From: a virus
Lineage: Duplodnaviria > Caudoviricetes
DNA: 64,000 nt
Reading direction: 5' to 3' (one strand)
IMG/VR virus record: IMGVR_UViG_3300035208_004923
Span: 320,001-384,000 of that record
The stretch's first letter is position 1, and each line of letters begins with the position of its first letter. A program made the position numbers and the translations under genes. Positions 60,493 through 64,000 of this stretch are shown here, one piece after another. A model generated the notes under the pieces. That model was given only the letters and a program-made list of their open reading frames with translations, was not told where the DNA came from and searched no databases.

Positions 60493-61196
60493 TAATATGC
60501 ATTTAAGTGTGCCATCAATTCAATTACGCCTGATGTTGCTGGTTTTTGTATATGAACAAAAGAGACATCAGATTTTGAATTTACTTCAGCAGGGTCGATT
60601 AAATAAATTTCAGTTGTGGTTGCAATATCAAGTAATGATGCTGCAGGATATACTTGTAAGCTTGTTCCTACAACGACAACAATATCAGCATCACGTACAA
60701 TTTTTGCAGCTTCATGCATTTTAGGAACTGCTTCGCCAAAGAACACAACAGCAGGTCTGTAATCAGGTCTTTCTTTTAAATCTAAAGGAGCGTATCCTAT
60801 ATCAATTGTTTGCGAATTATCACCTCTTAATACATAAACAGGATCTTGGTCTTTACGAATTTTTGTTAATTCACCATGAATATGTAAAATATTTGTACTT
60901 CCCGCTCGTTCGTGTAAATCATCAACGTTTTGTGTAATCACATGTACGTCAAAGTGTTTTTCAAGTCGGACGATATTAAAATGCGCGCTATTGGGTTTTA
61001 TTGATTCAAGATCTTTTCGTCTTTCATTATAAAACTCATTCATTTTATCTTTCATCGAATGCCAAGATCTGATATTTGCATATACAGCAGGATCATATTT
61101 TTCCCATAAGCCCCCTTTGTCACGATATGTATCAATTCCGCTTTCTTTTGAAATACCAGCACCTGTTATGAATACTAATTTTTGTTTCTTTTCCAT
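60492..61196 (-). CDS. cobB: Sir2/CobB NAD-dependent protein deacylase
   Basis: TGAGIS.ESG, TQNVD.LH, HG, RP.VV.FGE, GTSL.VYPAA. Confidence 0.95.
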   Translation of the reverse strand: MEKKQKLVFITGAGISKESGIDTYRDKGGLWEKYDPAVYANIRSWHSMKDKMNEFYNERRKDLESIKPNSAHFNIVRLEKHFDVHVITQNVDDLHERAGSTNILHIHGELTKIRKDQDPVYVLRGDNSQTIDIGYAPLDLKERPDYRPAVVFFGEAVPKMHEAAKIVRDADIVVVVGTSLQVYPAASLLDIATTTEIYLIDPAEVNSKSDVSFVHIQKPATSGVIELMAHLNAY

Positions 61197-62054
61197 TATT
61201 CTAAATTTTGTGTTATTACCGATATTGACTTAAGTGATTCAATCAACGCTTCTCTTGCTGGTAAATGTTTCCTACATGTGTATGTAATTGATAAAAATCC
61301 TAATATAAATTGTAAAGAATATTTTTCAGTTGACAATTTTGCTAGAATGTCATTGCATTCTTCGTATTTTTTTTCAATACATAAATCATCAAGTCTATCC
61401 ATTACAAAATCTAATACACGTGCAGTACTTTCCATTGAAATAATGCAATCTAGCATTATGTAAAATGCTTTTGTTTTATCTTCGATACTTAAATCCGATT
61501 TATCTTCTTTATACATTGGATTATTTGGGTCAATGCATAAGTCAATTTCTCTGATTAAACCGCATGCTTCACGCCATGTGTATTCGTTTGTTTGTTCACC
61601 AATATTATTTGCAATATGTTCTAGAAACTTTTTTGTTTCTAGCAGTACCATATTTAGATGTTCGTTATTCTTCATCGTTATTCTTTAATTTTCTCAACTC
61701 GAGTATTCGCATATTAGGATTATTATTAATTTCTTGTTTTATCCAATCAGCATATTGTGCAGCAGTTTCTACTGAATCGAAATACAAACAAATTGACTTT
61801 GCATCTTCATTATTGCCTTGACATATGAGGATATATGGTCTCAAATAAACCGCATTATCAATAATTGCATAATAAGATAGCGCGCCAATATCTTCTAATG
61901 TAACTTTTGTTTGCTTAAACGTTACATCATTTTGTTTATTTTTTATGCATTCAGTTAATTTTGTTGTATAGATAGTATGCAAAGATTTATCATGAACTTC
62001 GATATCTCTAATATTATTTACATTAATGTATCTTTTAAATAGCATCCTTTTCAA
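61196..62054 (-). CDS. two hypothetical proteins (61196-61675, 61665-62054)
   Basis: packed ORFs. Confidence 0.65.
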
Positions 62055-62442
62055 TTATTAAGTTATTTTTTAAATTATCTATCATGTATCGACGCCATAA
62101 TCTGCTAACAGGATGTGGCAATTTTTTATGTTCAACTTTTAAATCGTCAAGTGCTTTACCAGCAGTTTTACCACATGCAATTATTGCAAACCAAGAATCT
62201 CTATCAATTGCTGATTTAACCCATTTTAAATCAACAGGAAACTTTGTATCTTTGTTATCTGCAATTTCTGGAGTTGTTTCAGTAAACCAAAGTTCAAAGT
62301 GTTCTTCAAGAGAAAGCAGTCTTGAATATGTTGCGTTTTTTCGATTGATGATTCTTGTATCATATACAGGAATCTTGAACTTGTTTTTACGATATCCGTA
62401 AAAATTTTCAAGTACAATAAGTATTTTTGGTTTTTCTTCCAT
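62035..62442 (-). CDS. uracil-DNA-glycosylase-like fold protein
   Basis: ILIVLEN, IIACGKTA, LPHP. Confidence 0.5.
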   Translation of the reverse strand: MEEKPKILIVLENFYGYRKNKFKIPVYDTRIINRKNATYSRLLSLEEHFELWFTETTPEIADNKDTKFPVDLKWVKSAIDRDSWFAIIACGKTAGKALDDLKVEHKKLPHPVSRLWRRYMIDNLKNNLIIEKDAI

Positions 62443-62660
62443 TACGCAATAAGTAATACTTTTGATGCAATTCTTTCAACATTTTCAATATTTGTTTCTT
62501 TTGCAGTTTTTAATGCTGCAAGATAACCGTCAATGTATCCTTCTTTGGCAGCACCAAATTTATCTTCGGAAATTCTACCGACAGCATGCAATCCGTTATA
62601 TGTATGAAATTTATCTTCAGCGTATTGCCATGCAACAAATTCTAGTTCATCATTCTCCAT
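62442..62660 (-). CDS. hypothetical protein
   Basis: MENDELEF after class II promoter. Confidence 0.6.
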   Translation of the reverse strand: MENDELEFVAWQYAEDKFHTYNGLHAVGRISEDKFGAAKEGYIDGYLAALKTAKETNIENVERIASKVLLIA

Positions 62661-62676
62661 TGGTATCAATTTTATT

Positions 62677-62702
62677 TTATATACACAATGAAGGAAAAGT
62701 TT
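62677..62702 (-). promoter_or_regulatory. class II promoter
   Basis: AAACT-N12-TGTATATAA. Confidence 0.75.
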
Positions 62703-63297
62703 TACTATACAGCCATTCAGAAACAATTCTTTCGCAAAAAGTACCTCTTACTTCTTCACGTTCAGGATGCCATTGAACAAGCATACAATTATCGCCTGCC
62801 CACGCCATTTCTATAATGCCATCATCTGATTTTGCAACAGGATGGATATCTTGTCCCAATGTTTTTATTGCTTGATGATGTCTTGAATTAACTTCAGCTT
62901 GCATTCCATTGATTGCAATAAAATGCCAACTTGATTCTAAAGATGGCAGTGGCTCATTTGCAATTGCAACTGCATTTGCCGAATGATTTATTTTTGTTTG
63001 CGTTTCATTTAAAATGTCACCGTATAAAGTGCCGCCTAATGCAACATTTACTAATTGTAAACCACGGCAGATACCAAGAACTGGGATATTTCCGTATGCT
63101 GAACCAAACCATTTTGTTTCTCTTAAATCTCGTTCAAAATTTTTACCAATATCAGCTCCACCACAAAGTAATAACATGCTAAATTTATCGGTTATGAGTT
63201 CATCTTCGTTAAGTACATGGTATTTCAATTGACGGTATTCAAGCCATTCTAAATAATTATTTAGTTGATTCTTATGTGGCGGTGCAACTGCTATCAT
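62677..63297 (-). CDS. class I glutamine amidotransferase-like (peptidase C26/PuuD family)
   Basis: GGAD, GICRGLQ, NSRHHQ, QWHPE. Confidence 0.9.
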   Translation of the reverse strand: MIAVAPPHKNQLNNYLEWLEYRQLKYHVLNEDELITDKFSMLLLCGGADIGKNFERDLRETKWFGSAYGNIPVLGICRGLQLVNVALGGTLYGDILNETQTKINHSANAVAIANEPLPSLESSWHFIAINGMQAEVNSRHHQAIKTLGQDIHPVAKSDDGIIEMAWAGDNCMLVQWHPEREEVRGTFCERIVSEWLYSKTFPSLCI

Positions 63298-63313
63298 TTT
63301 GCTTTCATTTAAA

Positions 63314-64000
63314 TTAATTACGTTTTCTTTTTTTTGCTGATTCGCGCATTTTTTGTTTCGTTTCGTCTGTTCGTTTTTGACCTCTCCTAGATTCTGCTGC
63401 TTTGTCTATAGATTCTTGCTTTTGTCTTACACCTCTTGTTATACCTACCAATTCACCTGATAAATATCTGGGGTCATCTCGTAAAACTTTGTATGTTTTA
63501 CCTGATGCGTCTTTAACCATTACCATTCCCTTTGATATGTTTACCAATTCCCCCGATAAATATCTAGGATCGTTTTTATCAACTTGTAATGTACAGCCAT
63601 TGGCATCTTTAACAGTTACTCTTCCTTTAGCAATACCCACCAATTCGCCAGATAAATATCTTACGTCGTCAGGTAATACAGAAAAATAATTGCCATTTGC
63701 ATCTTTAACACTTATACGTCCTTTAAACATGTGAATTAATTCACCAGATACATATCTTGGATCATTTTTATCAACCATATGATAATTATTATCTGAATCT
63801 AATGTTGGCACAATGCCTTTTGTTACGCCAACAAAATTCCCAGATAAATACAGTTCGCTGTCTTTACGTAATAACTTCACATTTCCGTTAGCATCCTTTA
63901 GTGATGCTGCACCTGTTGTGTGAAAGCCAACAGATGGAATATGATAGTTTTCATTTAAAGGATCTTCAATCCATTTTGAAATTTCTTCAGTTTCAAACTT
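63314..64000 (-). CDS. paralog of the 32-aa-repeat GIY-YIG endonuclease, 5' end outside window, NUMOD3-like tail
   Basis: frame open to 64000: PLNENYHIP..GF; DPRYLSGEL repeats; GQKRTDETKQKM. Confidence 0.8.
   Translation of the reverse strand, partial: KFETEEISKWIEDPLNENYHIPSVGFHTTGAASLKDANGNVKLLRKDSELYLSGNFVGVTKGIVPTLDSDNNYHMVDKNDPRYVSGELIHMFKGRISVKDANGNYFSVLPDDVRYLSGELVGIAKGRVTVKDANGCTLQVDKNDPRYLSGELVNISKGMVMVKDASGKTYKVLRDDPRYLSGELVGITRGVRQKQESIDKAAESRRGQKRTDETKQKMRESAKKRKRN

Noticed and set aside
60492-61196. Sir2 as a Thoeris/DSR defence NADase
   Set aside because: Short CobB-type deacylase with no defence partner genes.
1625-63689. Many short antisense or nested ORFs in the track (e.g. 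35414-36034, 37459-37884, 38769-39218)
   Set aside because: Shadow ORFs opposite well-supported genes, with no motifs.
1-64000. Stop-codon reassignment as in some Bacteroidota phages
   Set aside because: Recognisable enzymes are full length in code 11 and genes pack tightly with ordinary stops.
1-64000. tRNA or structured ncRNA genes
   Set aside because: No cloverleaf-like GC-rich intergenic stretch noticed; gaps are short and explained by promoters or terminators. A covariance-model scan would be needed to exclude them.

Overview
AT-rich, gene-dense segment of a large lytic (jumbo-type) phage genome, standard genetic code, no structural module, tRNA or CRISPR seen. The host is probably Bacteroidota, judged from ten copies of a TAnnTTTG-type promoter and a phage-encoded T9SS cargo protein. 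Most genes are on the minus strand: nucleotide, NAD and RNA-repair enzymes (ThyX, MazG-like, DinG, ADP-ribosylglycohydrolase, Sir2, CoaE-like, Pth2, HD-PNK, HNH-RNA ligase, truncated PPDK) plus many ORFans. The most striking signal is 16 otherwise unrelated proteins that share an N-terminal leader, MxxRIP(T/N/S/A)(F/I/L)(D/E)(D/E)(F/Y/H)xxE, in four clusters, three led by an identical GAATATATAA box and the fourth by TAATATATAA. The leader resembles the T4 capsid-targeting sequence, so I infer a large arsenal of virion-packaged, injected effectors (ADP-ribosyltransferases, esterase, zincin, ParB-like). Other notable items are three distinct promoter classes readable from the DNA, an IMPDH/GuaC gene fractured by a split intein around a free-standing endonuclease, an IS607-like HTH with four 9-bp repeats driving a GIY-YIG nuclease with nine 32-aa repeats, and a 5'-truncated UvrD helicase. 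All function calls are from motif recognition by eye; no searches were run.
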